Virus record (IMG/VR): IMGVR_UViG_3300014613_000020
Coordinates: 34,980-98,979 of that record
DNA: 64,000 nucleotides
Reading direction: 5' to 3' (one strand)
DNA from: a virus
Part shown: positions 28,267 to 38,952 of the stretch, one piece after another
Layout: every line of letters starts with the position of its first letter
Position numbering within the stretch: position 1 is the stretch's first letter
Translations under genes and position numbers: made by a program
Notes under the pieces: generated by a model
Databases searched by the model: none
Told to the model about the DNA's origin: nothing
What the model saw: only the letters and a program-made list of their open reading frames with translations

Positions 28267-29299
28267 AGGCTATGAGCCGGGAAAGCTGATCCTGCGGGAT
28301 ATTTGCGTTATCGCTGAGGCGGGAGTAAATCATGAAGGGGATTTGGATTTAGCCTATAGACTCGTGGATGAAGCAGCGGATGGTGGGGCTGATGCCATAA
28401 AATTCCAAGCATACACGGCTGGCAAACTGGCATCGGTAAACTCACCTGCATATTGGGACACGACAGAAGAAACGACATTAAGCCAATATGATCTATTCAG
28501 GAAATATGATAGTTTCGGTCCGAACGACTATGAGAACATTAAACTGCGATGTGACGCCAATGGGATTGACTTTCTTTGCACGGCATTTGACACGGAATCT
28601 ATTGAGTTTATCAATGATCTGGTAGATGTTCATAAGATTGCGTCCGCTGACATAACGTGTAGGCCACTGATAGAACACGTATCAACTCTTGGGAAACCGG
28701 TTCTAATGTCGACAGGGGCGGCATCATTGTTGGAAATACAGATAGCTATTGATTGGCTAGGCTACTTTCCGGCATTGCTTCATTGTGTATTGAATTACCC
28801 CACGTCAAACGAGAATGCTAATCTGGAGCGAATTCAATCACTCCATCGTGAATTCCCAATCTGTCCGATAGGCTATTCAGACCATACTGTTCCTGATGGA
28901 ATGATGAACATTCTAGCCGCCGTCTTGTTGGGAGCTATAATAGTCGAGAAGCATTTTACTTTTGACAAGACGCTACCAGGCAATGACCATTATCATTCAA
29001 TGGACAAGGACGATCTTATCCTGTTTAGGGAGAAATGGAAAGCGATGTGCGACACGCTTGGGACAGGTGAGATAGATCCAACGAAGAATCAAGAATTAGC
29101 ACGTCATCACGCCAGGCGCAGTCTAGTCACTACTAAGACATTGCCGATGGGCCATATCATAGGGAATGGTGACTTGACTTGGAAACGGCCAGCGCATGGT
29201 TTGATGCCATACCATTTAGCCTGGGCAAGAGGTCGGAAGACGACTAGAGAACTGCCAGAGGACACTATCGTGGTGAGGGATGATCTGAATGGGTATTGA
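28244..29299 (+). CDS. N-acetylneuraminate synthase family (NeuB/SpsE/PseI/LegI-like) with SAF domain
   Basis: IAEAGVNHEG, AIKFQ, KIASAD, STGA, LHCVLNYP, GYSDHT, EKHFT, KRPAHG. Confidence 0.95.
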   Translation: MRILDVFRGYEPGKLILRDICVIAEAGVNHEGDLDLAYRLVDEAADGGADAIKFQAYTAGKLASVNSPAYWDTTEETTLSQYDLFRKYDSFGPNDYENIKLRCDANGIDFLCTAFDTESIEFINDLVDVHKIASADITCRPLIEHVSTLGKPVLMSTGAASLLEIQIAIDWLGYFPALLHCVLNYPTSNENANLERIQSLHREFPICPIGYSDHTVPDGMMNILAAVLLGAIIVEKHFTFDKTLPGNDHYHSMDKDDLILFREKWKAMCDTLGTGEIDPTKNQELARHHARRSLVTTKTLPMGHIIGNGDLTWKRPAHGLMPYHLAWARGRKTTRELPEDTIVVRDDLNGY

Positions 29300-30578
29300 T
29301 CGTGTGGAGCAAATAGAATCTTACATGAATCGACTGTTCCCCATATGTCGCAGCATCACAGGAGATGGCAATCGAAAGACGCTACATATCCTACAGGAAT
29401 TGATACCTGAGCTAAGGCTGATAGAATACCCGTCAGGAACTAAGGTTTATGATTGGACGATTCCTGATGAGTGGAATATTAAGGGCGCACACATAGTAGA
29501 AAATAAAAGCTTTGGCAGGATTGTTGATTTTGCCAAGAATAATCTACATGTGATGAGCTATAGTGAGCCTGTTGGTAAGATAGTTGGACTTGATGAACTT
29601 GCTCCGCATTTACATTATAGCGGAACAAGGCCATTTGACATTCCATACAAAATGTCCTATTATCAAAGGAATTGGGGATTTTGCATAAGCCAAATGCAAT
29701 ACATGCATGATTTTGATGATTTCCGTAATGGTCTTTGGGCGGTCTACATCGACTCCACATTGAAACCGGGAAGTCTGACAGTAGGTGAGTTGCTGATACC
29801 TGGCAGGTCATCACAGGAGTATCTAATCTCAACTTACATCTGCCATCCATCAATGGCAAATGACAATCTCAGTGGCGTGGTGATGACTGCCTTTCTTGCC
29901 AGGGAATTATCAAAGATGGATTTGAACTACAGCTATCGCATCCTGTTCGTTCCTGAGACTATAGGTCCAATAGCGTACATGGCACACAACGAAGAGGCGA
30001 TGAAGAAGATAGATTGCGGATTGGTGGTGTCGTGTGTGGGTGGGCCTGGGCTTAACATAGACTATAAAGAATCGTGGGACGATGAACATTGGATAAATGA
30101 TGTTGCCGGTTCGGCGTTACTAGATTTATGGTATAGAGGACTTCTACGTAGAGGCTATCCTCATGACTGTCATGGGAGTGATGAGCGGCAATACTCTTCT
30201 CCAGATTTTAGGATTAACATGGTGACATTGTCATCTGAGATGTACTATGATTATCCCGAGTATCATACCTCTGCTGACAATCTTGAATTTGTGTCAATGC
30301 CGAGGATAAATGAGATGCTAAATCGGTATCTCAGAGTGATAGACAATATGGACAAGAACGTGCCTGTCAGTGGGTTGGTTGCTTCGGGGGAACCGTTTTT
30401 ATCAAACATGGGCATCACAGACACGTCTGACTTGTGCAATACCGAATTGAATGCTATACTGTGGGCGCATCATCTTGGCGAATGCACGACATTCGATGTG
30501 GCTAAGAAGTTGGGGATATCAGTGAGTGAAGTATATGATATTCTAAAAGAGAGAGGGCTGTTGAATGTTATTACCTGA
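29289..30578 (+). CDS. DUF4910 aminopeptidase-like protein of polysaccharide loci, with C-terminal HTH
   Basis: LFPICRSITGDG, DWTIPDEW, STYICHPSMANDNLSG, PETIG, GSDERQY, YPEYHTSAD. Confidence 0.9.
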   Translation: MGIDRVEQIESYMNRLFPICRSITGDGNRKTLHILQELIPELRLIEYPSGTKVYDWTIPDEWNIKGAHIVENKSFGRIVDFAKNNLHVMSYSEPVGKIVGLDELAPHLHYSGTRPFDIPYKMSYYQRNWGFCISQMQYMHDFDDFRNGLWAVYIDSTLKPGSLTVGELLIPGRSSQEYLISTYICHPSMANDNLSGVVMTAFLARELSKMDLNYSYRILFVPETIGPIAYMAHNEEAMKKIDCGLVVSCVGGPGLNIDYKESWDDEHWINDVAGSALLDLWYRGLLRRGYPHDCHGSDERQYSSPDFRINMVTLSSEMYYDYPEYHTSADNLEFVSMPRINEMLNRYLRVIDNMDKNVPVSGLVASGEPFLSNMGITDTSDLCNTELNAILWAHHLGECTTFDVAKKLGISVSEVYDILKERGLLNVIT

Positions 30579-31644
30579 TAGACTAGCACAGATGCACCAA
30601 CGAGAATATGCCGTATTGACAACCAGCGGAACTACGGCATTGGTATTGAGTATGTGGGCATTGGGCCTCGCAAACAAACGAATAGCCATTCCTAACAACG
30701 TGTGTTACAGTGTTCCTTTGGCTGTGTATTTATCAGGCAACGAGCCGGTGTGGGTGGATATAGACAAGAAGAACATGAGGATGAACCTGAAGGACTTGTG
30801 GTTGGAGTGTCATGCTGGTGAATGCGATGCTGTGATAGCGGTTCACAGTTATGGCATTCCATGTGACATTATCAATATAGCTGCCTTTTGTGCAAAAGAG
30901 AACATCCCACTGATAGAAGACTGTGCTGTGGCATTGGGTGCTGGGGATGTTGGTCACTACGGGGATGTGTCAATACTGAGTTTCGGTGAAGGGAAGATTA
31001 TCAACAATGGCGGTGATGGGGCTATCCTAACTGATGACTATGATTTGGCTAAAAGTGTAGGAGTTTTGCAATATGCTCTGCCCATGAGTGACAGGAGTCT
31101 TCATCAGAATACCCAGCGTTTGAGCAACGTCCATACACATCTCTACAACAGCTATTACTGGGATGATTGGTGCAAGATATTTGTATTTGGTGCTGCGGCC
31201 TTGAGATGCCCTTACGATTTTTTGAGTGTGCAAGACCACTTTGGGTTGGATTATTTAAGCCTCGAGAAGAAGCTAGACAACTTGGACAGGAATGTAGAGT
31301 CGAGATGGAACAAGTGGAAGGAGTTGGATGGCCTGCTAGGTGGCTACACCACTCAAATATCTGATAATATTGGTGTCGATTGGAGATACAACTTCCTGGT
31401 AGAACCCGAGCATCAGCAACTACTTCTAAAACGACTACACAAGAAGGGATTCAAGGCAAGCAGTTGGCATCCGCCCAGTGACATATTCTGGCAGGAACGA
31501 TCTAGGGATGATTCAACGCCCACGCCAAATGCTGACTGGGTGGGTGACAGGATTATCAACCTATGGGTGGATGATAGTGTGGATGATGAGTATATTATAG
31601 GTGTGAGTGATGAAGTGAGGAGGTTCTTAGATGAGCAAGTATAG
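30565..31644 (+). CDS. second DegT-family sugar aminotransferase
   Basis: SGTTAL, AVHSYG, LIEDCA, LSFGEGKII. Confidence 0.88.
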   Translation: MLLPDRLAQMHQREYAVLTTSGTTALVLSMWALGLANKRIAIPNNVCYSVPLAVYLSGNEPVWVDIDKKNMRMNLKDLWLECHAGECDAVIAVHSYGIPCDIINIAAFCAKENIPLIEDCAVALGAGDVGHYGDVSILSFGEGKIINNGGDGAILTDDYDLAKSVGVLQYALPMSDRSLHQNTQRLSNVHTHLYNSYYWDDWCKIFVFGAAALRCPYDFLSVQDHFGLDYLSLEKKLDNLDRNVESRWNKWKELDGLLGGYTTQISDNIGVDWRYNFLVEPEHQQLLLKRLHKKGFKASSWHPPSDIFWQERSRDDSTPTPNADWVGDRIINLWVDDSVDDEYIIGVSDEVRRFLDEQV

Positions 31645-31906
31645 AAAGAAGCCAATGGTTATAGAGGCATGGCAGTGGTGGCCGCCGGAAGAGTTCGATC
31701 CTGACATCGAATTCCAGCCTGGTTCTTCTCCTGGGCACCCTGAATGGTATGGAAGACATGATGGATGGTTAATAGAGACGCTAGAAGGATATCATAAGTG
31801 CACGCCTGGGGACTGGATTATCACAGGAATAAAAGGGGAACACTACCCTGTCAAAGGTGACATCTTTGAGCTTACATATGAGAAGGTGGATGATGAGCAA
31901 GTATAG
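31630..31906 (+). repeat. 15-bp direct repeat GATGAGCAAGTATAG at 31630-31644 and 31892-31906
   Basis: Exact match; each copy contains an overlapping start and stop codon. Confidence 0.9.
31631..31906 (+). CDS. conserved phage protein (KYRKKP..IETLEG...PGDWII family)
   Basis: Recognisable motif; bounded by 15-bp direct repeats. Confidence 0.75.
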   Translation: MSKYRKKPMVIEAWQWWPPEEFDPDIEFQPGSSPGHPEWYGRHDGWLIETLEGYHKCTPGDWIITGIKGEHYPVKGDIFELTYEKVDDEQV

Positions 31907-32822
31907 TATAGAACGAGCAGAGTTAGGTGAAGAGTGGGACACTTTTGTGCAAAAGTCATCCAATGGAACTGTGTTCTCATATTCAGATTATCTTCATGCT
32001 GTCAACAGGCTAACGGATGTATGGTACGTGATGAAGGGGGAAGAGAAGAAGGCTGCAGTGTCATTGATGCTAACCAGTGATCTCAAAAACACAATGTTGA
32101 ATGACTTTGTGGTATACAATGGTCTAATGTTCACTGGGTCTGAGTCTAACAAGAACACGGCGCAGGCAAACGCGGAGAGATTCTCAATCACTGAGTTTGT
32201 GGCAGAGTGGCTACCAAGGGAATATAGGACGATTGAGATGCAACTCCATCCAAGCGTCATAGACATCAGGCCGTTTCTGTGGGTGAACTACCATGACAAA
32301 TGGGAAGATGGATACTATGCCGATATTAGGTACACTTCTATTCTGACAAATCCTACTTTGGAAGGAATGGGGAACTCAAGGCGCCAGGAGATAATGTATG
32401 GACTAAGAGATGCGATTGAGGTAGTTGAAGCAGAAGAGTCTGATCCCTATTACTTTGTTGATATGTATTGTAGAATGATGGGCTACAATGCTCGTTCAGA
32501 AACTGCTGATTATATGGTAAATGTTCTTCTATGCTTATTAGGATGTGATTTGGGTAGAATGTTCAAAGCGTATTTACTGACTGGGGAGATAGCAAGTATG
32601 TCAATGTTTGTCAAGGATAACAAACGTTCTTACTATCTATTCGGAGCCAATGAATCTGAGTTCAAAGACAGACACGCAGGTTCGCTATGTGTGTGGGAAG
32701 GAATACAAAGAATGGGTATGGAAGAGTGCGACATGGAAGGAATAAATAGTCCTAATAGAGGACACTTCAAAACGAGTTTTGGTGGCATCGTAGTCCCATA
32801 TTATCATCTTGTTTATAATTAG
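31893..32822 (+). CDS. GNAT/FemAB-like acyltransferase
   Basis: WDTFVQKS..GTVF, YYLFGAN, DMEGINSPNRGHFKTSFGG. Confidence 0.8.
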   Translation: MSKYSIERAELGEEWDTFVQKSSNGTVFSYSDYLHAVNRLTDVWYVMKGEEKKAAVSLMLTSDLKNTMLNDFVVYNGLMFTGSESNKNTAQANAERFSITEFVAEWLPREYRTIEMQLHPSVIDIRPFLWVNYHDKWEDGYYADIRYTSILTNPTLEGMGNSRRQEIMYGLRDAIEVVEAEESDPYYFVDMYCRMMGYNARSETADYMVNVLLCLLGCDLGRMFKAYLLTGEIASMSMFVKDNKRSYYLFGANESEFKDRHAGSLCVWEGIQRMGMEECDMEGINSPNRGHFKTSFGGIVVPYYHLVYN

Positions 32823-33039
32823 GAGAATGAGAGATGAAGACGAAGTGGGTTTTTCATGTAAGATGTAATGCTCCGGAGCAGGTGTTTACAGAATTATATC
32901 ATGAAGACTTGCCTGACGAGATTAAAATGCAAATTGAAGATATGGGTGGATTATTACCATGTGCTGGTGCGTCACCTGGATATTGGTGTCAAAGATGTGT
33001 ATGGTCACAATCTGATACTTATCAGGTGTTTGTGTAAAT

Positions 33040-33891
33040 ATGGATAAAAAACTACCTGTTACAGTAATAGTGTGCACGCTAAACGAAGAGAAGTACATTG
33101 ACAGATGTCTGACGGCGATTGAGAATAACAGTCCATCTGAGATAATAGTGGTGGACGGCGGTTCCACTGACAGGACGGTGGAGATAGCGCGCAAACATAA
33201 CGCTATTGTCTTTTGCACAAAACCTGGGTTGGCGTCGCAGAGACAATTGGGGTTGGACAACGCCACTCAGTTTTATGTAATGTTTGTGGATGCTTTCCAT
33301 CTTCTTGCTCCCCTGATTCTAAACGCTCAGAACTTCTGTATAGAGACACTACTCTATGAGCTAAGCGCTGGTGGATATGATGCTTTACAGGCCAGAGAGT
33401 TTGACGGGTTACAGTGGAATGGTAGCTATTGGTCAAGGGGAAGAGCGTCGGCAAACAGAGCTATAACAATTCATGATTTTCCAAAAGAGACCAATATGGT
33501 AGGTCGCCCTGCGGTGTACAAGACATCAGCACTCAGAGTTCATGGGTTCGATTCCTACTTTGATGGGGTGGGTGATGAAGACACGGACTTGTCAATCAGA
33601 TTGTCTGCTGCTGGATGCAGGCAGGGCATCGGAACTGGTGTAGCGTGGCGGATGGATGATTTGACTTTTAGGCAACTTTGTGGTAAACTGAATAAGTACG
33701 GGCGCGGCGATGCCAGGATTATCAAAAAGTATCCTTGGAAGAAGTGGGAAATAATCTATCATCAGCTAGTCAGGTATCCAATAGTGCGTGGATTAAAGGC
33801 GGTTAGACGGGGTGATGGGAAGTATCTGCCTTACTACGTTTTGTGTGGATGGGTAAGGTTTATTGCCACATTGGGGGAGCTGTGGAGATAG
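33040..33891 (+). CDS. family 2 glycosyltransferase
   Basis: VIVCTLNEE, VVDGGSTDRT, FVDA, EDTDLSIR. Confidence 0.92.
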   Translation: MDKKLPVTVIVCTLNEEKYIDRCLTAIENNSPSEIIVVDGGSTDRTVEIARKHNAIVFCTKPGLASQRQLGLDNATQFYVMFVDAFHLLAPLILNAQNFCIETLLYELSAGGYDALQAREFDGLQWNGSYWSRGRASANRAITIHDFPKETNMVGRPAVYKTSALRVHGFDSYFDGVGDEDTDLSIRLSAAGCRQGIGTGVAWRMDDLTFRQLCGKLNKYGRGDARIIKKYPWKKWEIIYHQLVRYPIVRGLKAVRRGDGKYLPYYVLCGWVRFIATLGELWR

Positions 33892-34114
33892 CATTCTACG
33901 GAACGACCTTTAGGTCCATCAAGGTGATTTCTGAAGTGTACAGGAATCGTGATAACAAACTGTTTGTGGAGATAGGGTATGACGGCAATCCTGATGTGAA
34001 GATGCGTATCGGATTGATTGAACTTAGAGAGGTTATGAAGAACGTAGAACGAAGTGTAGACAACTTGGGGGGAAAAGATGTGGTATAACGAACTAATAGG
34101 GGAGGTGTGGTAGA

Positions 34115-34360
34115 ATGCCGAGTGGGATACAATATAAATGTGATGAGTGTGAATTGGAAGAGGTGTTTGATAACCAAGAATCCCTTCCTGCTGGATGGAA
34201 ACAATTACGATGGAAAACAGAAAGTGGCTGGAGTGGGACATTTAGTAATGTTCGTTTCTTCTGTTCTATGAGATGTCTGAGCAAATGGTCTAAAGAACGA
34301 TATGATAAGCATGTTGGAGACGACAGGGAAGTATGGTATGATGGTAAGACACCATATTAG
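34115..34360 (+). CDS. small zinc-finger protein
   Basis: CDEC...FCSMRC. Confidence 0.55.
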   Translation: MPSGIQYKCDECELEEVFDNQESLPAGWKQLRWKTESGWSGTFSNVRFFCSMRCLSKWSKERYDKHVGDDREVWYDGKTPY

Positions 34361-34373
34361 GAAAGGAACAGAA

Positions 34374-35399
34374 ATGTGGTATGGTGAATTGAGAGAGACA
34401 ATACCTATCTGGCTAGAGACATTGAAAGACGAAGAGACTGGTCTATACAGACTATCGCATTCCGCATTTGACAAATACTCTGTGGACGCAACGAGTCTGG
34501 CAATGGATGTTAAGTGGATGCTAGACTTGCCTATCTGTCAATGTGAGTGGGATTACTTGGCTAGATGTCAGCATTGTGATGGATTGATAGAAGAAGAAAG
34601 AGAACCGGATTCTAGTGAACCAAGGGCAAGGGAGATGTCAGCCACATACCTTGGATTTCAGGTGGCCGGACTAGCACTTGCTACAGGGGTGAAGTCACTT
34701 TATCCATTCTCGTTTTATGACAAGTTTTTAGGAGATAAGTTAATAGAAGACTATCTTGAATCCATGCCATGGGACACCAAACCGATGGGCGCTGGTAACA
34801 TGATAGACCATGGGGTGATGATGATGAGATACAATGTATTGTTAGGACAACAAGAATATAGACCTATTATCAGTAATATGTGGCGATGGTTAAGAAATCA
34901 AACGCATTTTGCCATGGGGCTATGGGGCAATCCAGATGCTCAGGGACTAAATGGATTAGTGCAAGCAGGCTATCACATCATAAGAGTAGGATTCCCATTA
35001 AGGTACCTAAATTCAAAAGAGGTTATTGATACAATCTTACAGAGTTGGTCTGAGTCCTTTCTAACTGATGCTTGTTTTGATTTAGACCATGCCTGTCTAT
35101 TAGAAAGAGTAGAAAGTCTTAATCCAAACTATCGCAAATTTGATATATGGAAGATGGCACATGATATGTTAGAGTCTATTAAAGATTGCAACTTACGAGA
35201 TGATGGTGCATTTTCATTCAACAACTTTCAGGCAATTAAAAATCACAACAGGTATGAGGTAACACCGGGAAACACAGAAAGTGATTTGGTGGGGACTGTA
35301 TTGTACATGGAAGCTATCTATCGTTTATGTTTACTATTGAGACAAGCACCGCCTTGGAGGAGTTCAGCGACACATGGTATTAAGGAGGATGGCGGATGA
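34374..35399 (+). CDS. hypothetical enzyme, possibly alpha/alpha-barrel
   Basis: Repeated GxW/GxF motifs (GLYR, GLWG, DGAFSF); lies within the sugar cluster. Confidence 0.55.
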   Translation: MWYGELRETIPIWLETLKDEETGLYRLSHSAFDKYSVDATSLAMDVKWMLDLPICQCEWDYLARCQHCDGLIEEEREPDSSEPRAREMSATYLGFQVAGLALATGVKSLYPFSFYDKFLGDKLIEDYLESMPWDTKPMGAGNMIDHGVMMMRYNVLLGQQEYRPIISNMWRWLRNQTHFAMGLWGNPDAQGLNGLVQAGYHIIRVGFPLRYLNSKEVIDTILQSWSESFLTDACFDLDHACLLERVESLNPNYRKFDIWKMAHDMLESIKDCNLRDDGAFSFNNFQAIKNHNRYEVTPGNTESDLVGTVLYMEAIYRLCLLLRQAPPWRSSATHGIKEDGG

Positions 35400-35776
35400 A
35401 TGATGACTTAGAGCGAATCAGAAAGAAAGTACAGCGGGGGTTTGAGGTGGTGGAGGTGGTAAAAATAAAGCCTGACATGATAGTAAAAATTGAATATGAG
35501 GGAATTATCGGATGGGGGGTTGCAAGGCGGCAACTCGAAGATGAGTGGAGTGATGAGAGGGGGGTGATAGTGGCAGGAGCCAAGGCAATAGATGATATAA
35601 CAAAAAGCTTAGTATTAAAGGGTTGGTGGTTTGACATGGTAGAAGAATCGCATAAGCTTCTAGAAGAGGTAACTTCAAGATTAACTACGGTAAAAATGCC
35701 TGATGTTACAAAGGTTCAGACGCCGGCTGTGGCTATATATGATGAAGAAGAAAGAGTAATTGGAAGGGCAAACTAA
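35396..35776 (+). CDS. hypothetical protein
   Basis: Coupled ORF with RBS. Confidence 0.6.
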   Translation: MNDDLERIRKKVQRGFEVVEVVKIKPDMIVKIEYEGIIGWGVARRQLEDEWSDERGVIVAGAKAIDDITKSLVLKGWWFDMVEESHKLLEEVTSRLTTVKMPDVTKVQTPAVAIYDEEERVIGRAN

Positions 35777-36180
35777 ACAAAAGGAGATAAGTACAATGAT
35801 AGGAAAACTGTTTCTGGTAGTAGTCACAGAACGACCAACAAAAGAAGAGCAGGAGACTGGCAAGGTCTCAAGGCTGCTTCTCAACGGGCCACAATGGGTT
35901 GTGGCAAGGGACAAAGCACACGCGCAGACATTGGTGCTGAGGAAGAGCGCTATTCCTGACCTGGTAGCTGATGAGAGGTTGGAAGTGGAAGCATTCCCTT
36001 TTGGGTAGAAGGGGAGTATTCTAAAATACCACATACAGATCCATTGGACTTCCTTAAGCCCTTTGGTTCTTGGCAGGACGCACCAATATATATAGATGAT
36101 GTCGGTGCTGCAGCTAAAGCTAATAATAGGATAGTTGTAAATGGGACAAACGGTATTACATACGACGCTAGGGCTTCATC

Positions 36181-36552
36181 GTGGAGTCTGACATAGTAAT
36201 TCTCTTGGCGTCGGTCATGCTAGGAGAAGCCGGAGTACTAGGGGAAGAAGCAATGCTTGCAGTAGGTCACGTGATAATGAATCGTGTGTCTAGCGACTTC
36301 TTCCCCAACACAGTCACGGAAGTGGTAGAACAGCCAAACCAATGGAATGGACGCACTATCCCACACGGATACGAAGAAGCACTGGCAAGGCAAGTTCTCA
36401 GACGTAACCACGACCCAACAAAAGGGATGCTGTACTCCTTAAGCGAGAACGACAGGCGGAAGCTAAAGTTCCCAATCGGCGATAAGATATATGAATGGAA
36501 AGTATTCAAGATTCACCTGTACAAGGAATGGCCTACTTTTGCACAAAAGTGA
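36181..36552 (+). CDS. SleB/Hydrolase_2 cell-wall hydrolase
   Basis: GEA...AVGHVIMNRV...FPNTVTEVV.QP.QW. Confidence 0.85.
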   Translation: MESDIVILLASVMLGEAGVLGEEAMLAVGHVIMNRVSSDFFPNTVTEVVEQPNQWNGRTIPHGYEEALARQVLRRNHDPTKGMLYSLSENDRRKLKFPIGDKIYEWKVFKIHLYKEWPTFAQK

Positions 36553-36694
36553 ATTTGACATAATTTTACCAAAATGCCACAATGTAAAAATGGAGAAAAA
36601 TTTGAATGGGGAAAAACGAATTATTATCGAACCAACTATGTCGGCGGATGGAGTAACTGCGCGGAGGAAAATAGAACATGGAGAGTAATTTGAC

Positions 36695-37333
36695 ATGGTA
36701 ACGTGGGAGCAGTGTTACAGACGAGGGGATGGGGCGATGGTATATCCGGATGAAGTGATAGTGCAGACATTACATCATCTCAAACTGCATCAGGGTGAGG
36801 CGTTGGACGTGGGATGCGGCAGTGGTCGCCACCTCAAGATGTTGTGGGATAGGGGATTTATAGCACGGGGTGTGGACGGTTCAATAACAGCAAGAGACAT
36901 AGCTGTGGCACTGGGATTGCCAAGGGGGTCGATAACGGTTGACACGTTTCCACCTTTGAGATTCACATCGGGCTTCTTCGATTTGATATTAGCAGTTAAC
37001 GTCTTAGAGCACAATATCAAATTGGACAGAGAAGAGCTGCTGAGGGAAATACACAGAGTGATGAAGCCTGGTGGGTGCTTCATATCGAGGCATGTGCTGT
37101 GGGAGAGTTACATACCAAAAGGTGCTGGTGAAATGATTGAGGATAGGACATTTGAACGTGAGAATGACACCATACTTCATTGTTTCCGCAAAGGGGAAAT
37201 ATTGGAGATGTGGGAGGGTGTGGGATTCAAGAACTTGCAGGTTGGCAAACTGAGCGGATGGTATCCGTGGCTGCCTTGGGAGGAAGACAGTCAGATGTAC
37301 GTGGTGGCGTACAAGTCAACGAATAGGATATGA
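36695..37333 (+). CDS. class I SAM-dependent methyltransferase
   Basis: YPDE, LDVGCGSGRH, FDLI, EIHRVMKPGG. Confidence 0.9.
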   Translation: MVTWEQCYRRGDGAMVYPDEVIVQTLHHLKLHQGEALDVGCGSGRHLKMLWDRGFIARGVDGSITARDIAVALGLPRGSITVDTFPPLRFTSGFFDLILAVNVLEHNIKLDREELLREIHRVMKPGGCFISRHVLWESYIPKGAGEMIEDRTFERENDTILHCFRKGEILEMWEGVGFKNLQVGKLSGWYPWLPWEEDSQMYVVAYKSTNRI

Positions 37334-37767
37334 CAAAGATGATACACATAAAACGAATGTTAATCGGTTTGGCAATAGCCGTGGGGTTGACGTTGCTTTC
37401 TCTGGTGGTTGTCTGCGTTCTAAAATGGACTGGAAGTTTCGTTGGTGATATTTCTGATGAGTTCATAATAGGCATTATAGTTACTTGGGAACTTTTTATA
37501 GCATATTGCATTGGGTATGCTTTTGTAAAGAAAAGATAAAAAGGAGACACGACATTGGCCTACCTGAAGGCAATCAAGTTGATTTGCAATGCCCTTGGCT
37601 GTGAAGCAAGGGCTTCGGTAGATGTATTTGGCGAAGCACAAAATCATTACAGCTCCTACTGCAAACGCCATGCCAAGGTTGTCTTGGCAAGAGTCAACCA
37701 GCAAGAGGAGGAAAATCGGAGTCGGTTAAACTTATTGTCAGAAGTGAATAAGGATGAGAGAGGATAA

Positions 37768-38184
37768 ATGAACAAGAAAGAGATGTATACTAATAGACGA
37801 TGCCATGACTGCCTAGTCTCTGAGGGTGAAACACATCTATATGGATGCGATATGGAGAAATGCCCGTTTTGTGGCAGGCCTCTCATTACCTGTGGTTGTT
37901 GTTACAAACATTTGGGTATAGATTGCTCGAAGGGCACATGGTGTTACAGTAATGGGTTAACAGAAAAACAGACTGACAGGTGGCTCAGTATTTTGAACAA
38001 TAGAGGTAGGGCACCATACATCATTACACCAGTACACTGTGCAAGATGCCTCGAGCCATATCCAGATTTCTTCTTCTTGGAAGATAAAGAGTGGGAGCAA
38101 ATTGTTCCTGTGTATCTGCTAGAAGAAGTTCTGTGCAGCGAATGCTATCAGCTTATCAAGAAGGGATATGATGTGATACCATGA
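37768..38184 (+). CDS. Cys-rich phage protein
   Basis: CHDC..H..GCDMEKCPFC..CGC. Confidence 0.65.
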   Translation: MNKKEMYTNRRCHDCLVSEGETHLYGCDMEKCPFCGRPLITCGCCYKHLGIDCSKGTWCYSNGLTEKQTDRWLSILNNRGRAPYIITPVHCARCLEPYPDFFFLEDKEWEQIVPVYLLEEVLCSECYQLIKKGYDVIP

Positions 38185-38534
38185 TTAAATGCGGAGAATG
38201 CAAATATTGGGATGAAGATCATGAAGTTGCAAAGAACGAACACTATATCTTTCCACTTCCCCCAAAATTTGGAAAGTGTGTAAAGATAGAAAATGCTTAT
38301 AAGAATGTTAGGTATGCTTGGCTGGTGGACGCGCAGGCATGTTCTGAGGTCTACTTGCTCTGTGAACCCACATTTGGTTGTGAACTGGGGGAAGAGGGGA
38401 AAATAGAAGAAGGGCAATATAGTGCCTATGAAGAATATTGTAAAGTCTCTTGGGAGGAAAGAACTAAGTTAAGGGTGGAGAAGGTATGGGAAGCTAAGAA
38501 ACATAGGCCTTATATTACAGCTGGTTCTCATTAG
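38181..38534 (+). CDS. Cys-containing hypothetical protein
   Basis: CGECKYW...PTFGC; shares motifs with 55375-55869. Confidence 0.6.
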   Translation: MIKCGECKYWDEDHEVAKNEHYIFPLPPKFGKCVKIENAYKNVRYAWLVDAQACSEVYLLCEPTFGCELGEEGKIEEGQYSAYEEYCKVSWEERTKLRVEKVWEAKKHRPYITAGSH

Positions 38535-38553
38535 GAGAGAGGAAAGAGGAAAG

Positions 38554-38952
38554 ATGAACAGACGTGATTTTCTAAAACGATTGTTGCCAAGTGTGATTGG
38601 TGTTACAATAAGACTAACCACGCAAGAGAAGGAAATGACATCGGAGGAGTTTGCGGACTTGGTGGCCGATAGAGTGCTGAACAAGCCATCTCCACCGGTA
38701 ACTTACAGTAATGATGAACTAATAAAAGTAAAAATAATAAACAGTCCAAACTATGATGATTCAAGGTGGTGGATTACATCACCAAGTGCATATAGCTCCC
38801 AATATCCGCAGTATGATTCTGCCAAGGATAACAAATATAGTGGACTACCGGGCACGTTTGCATTACACTACACACCGGAACAGATGTCTAAGGCGCTAAC
38901 ACCTAAAGAATGGGCAGAATTGAATGAGGAGGAGACGGATGGCGAAGTTTAG
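38554..38952 (+). CDS. hypothetical protein with twin-arginine-like N-terminus
   Basis: MNRRDFLK. Confidence 0.6.
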   Translation: MNRRDFLKRLLPSVIGVTIRLTTQEKEMTSEEFADLVADRVLNKPSPPVTYSNDELIKVKIINSPNYDDSRWWITSPSAYSSQYPQYDSAKDNKYSGLPGTFALHYTPEQMSKALTPKEWAELNEEETDGEV

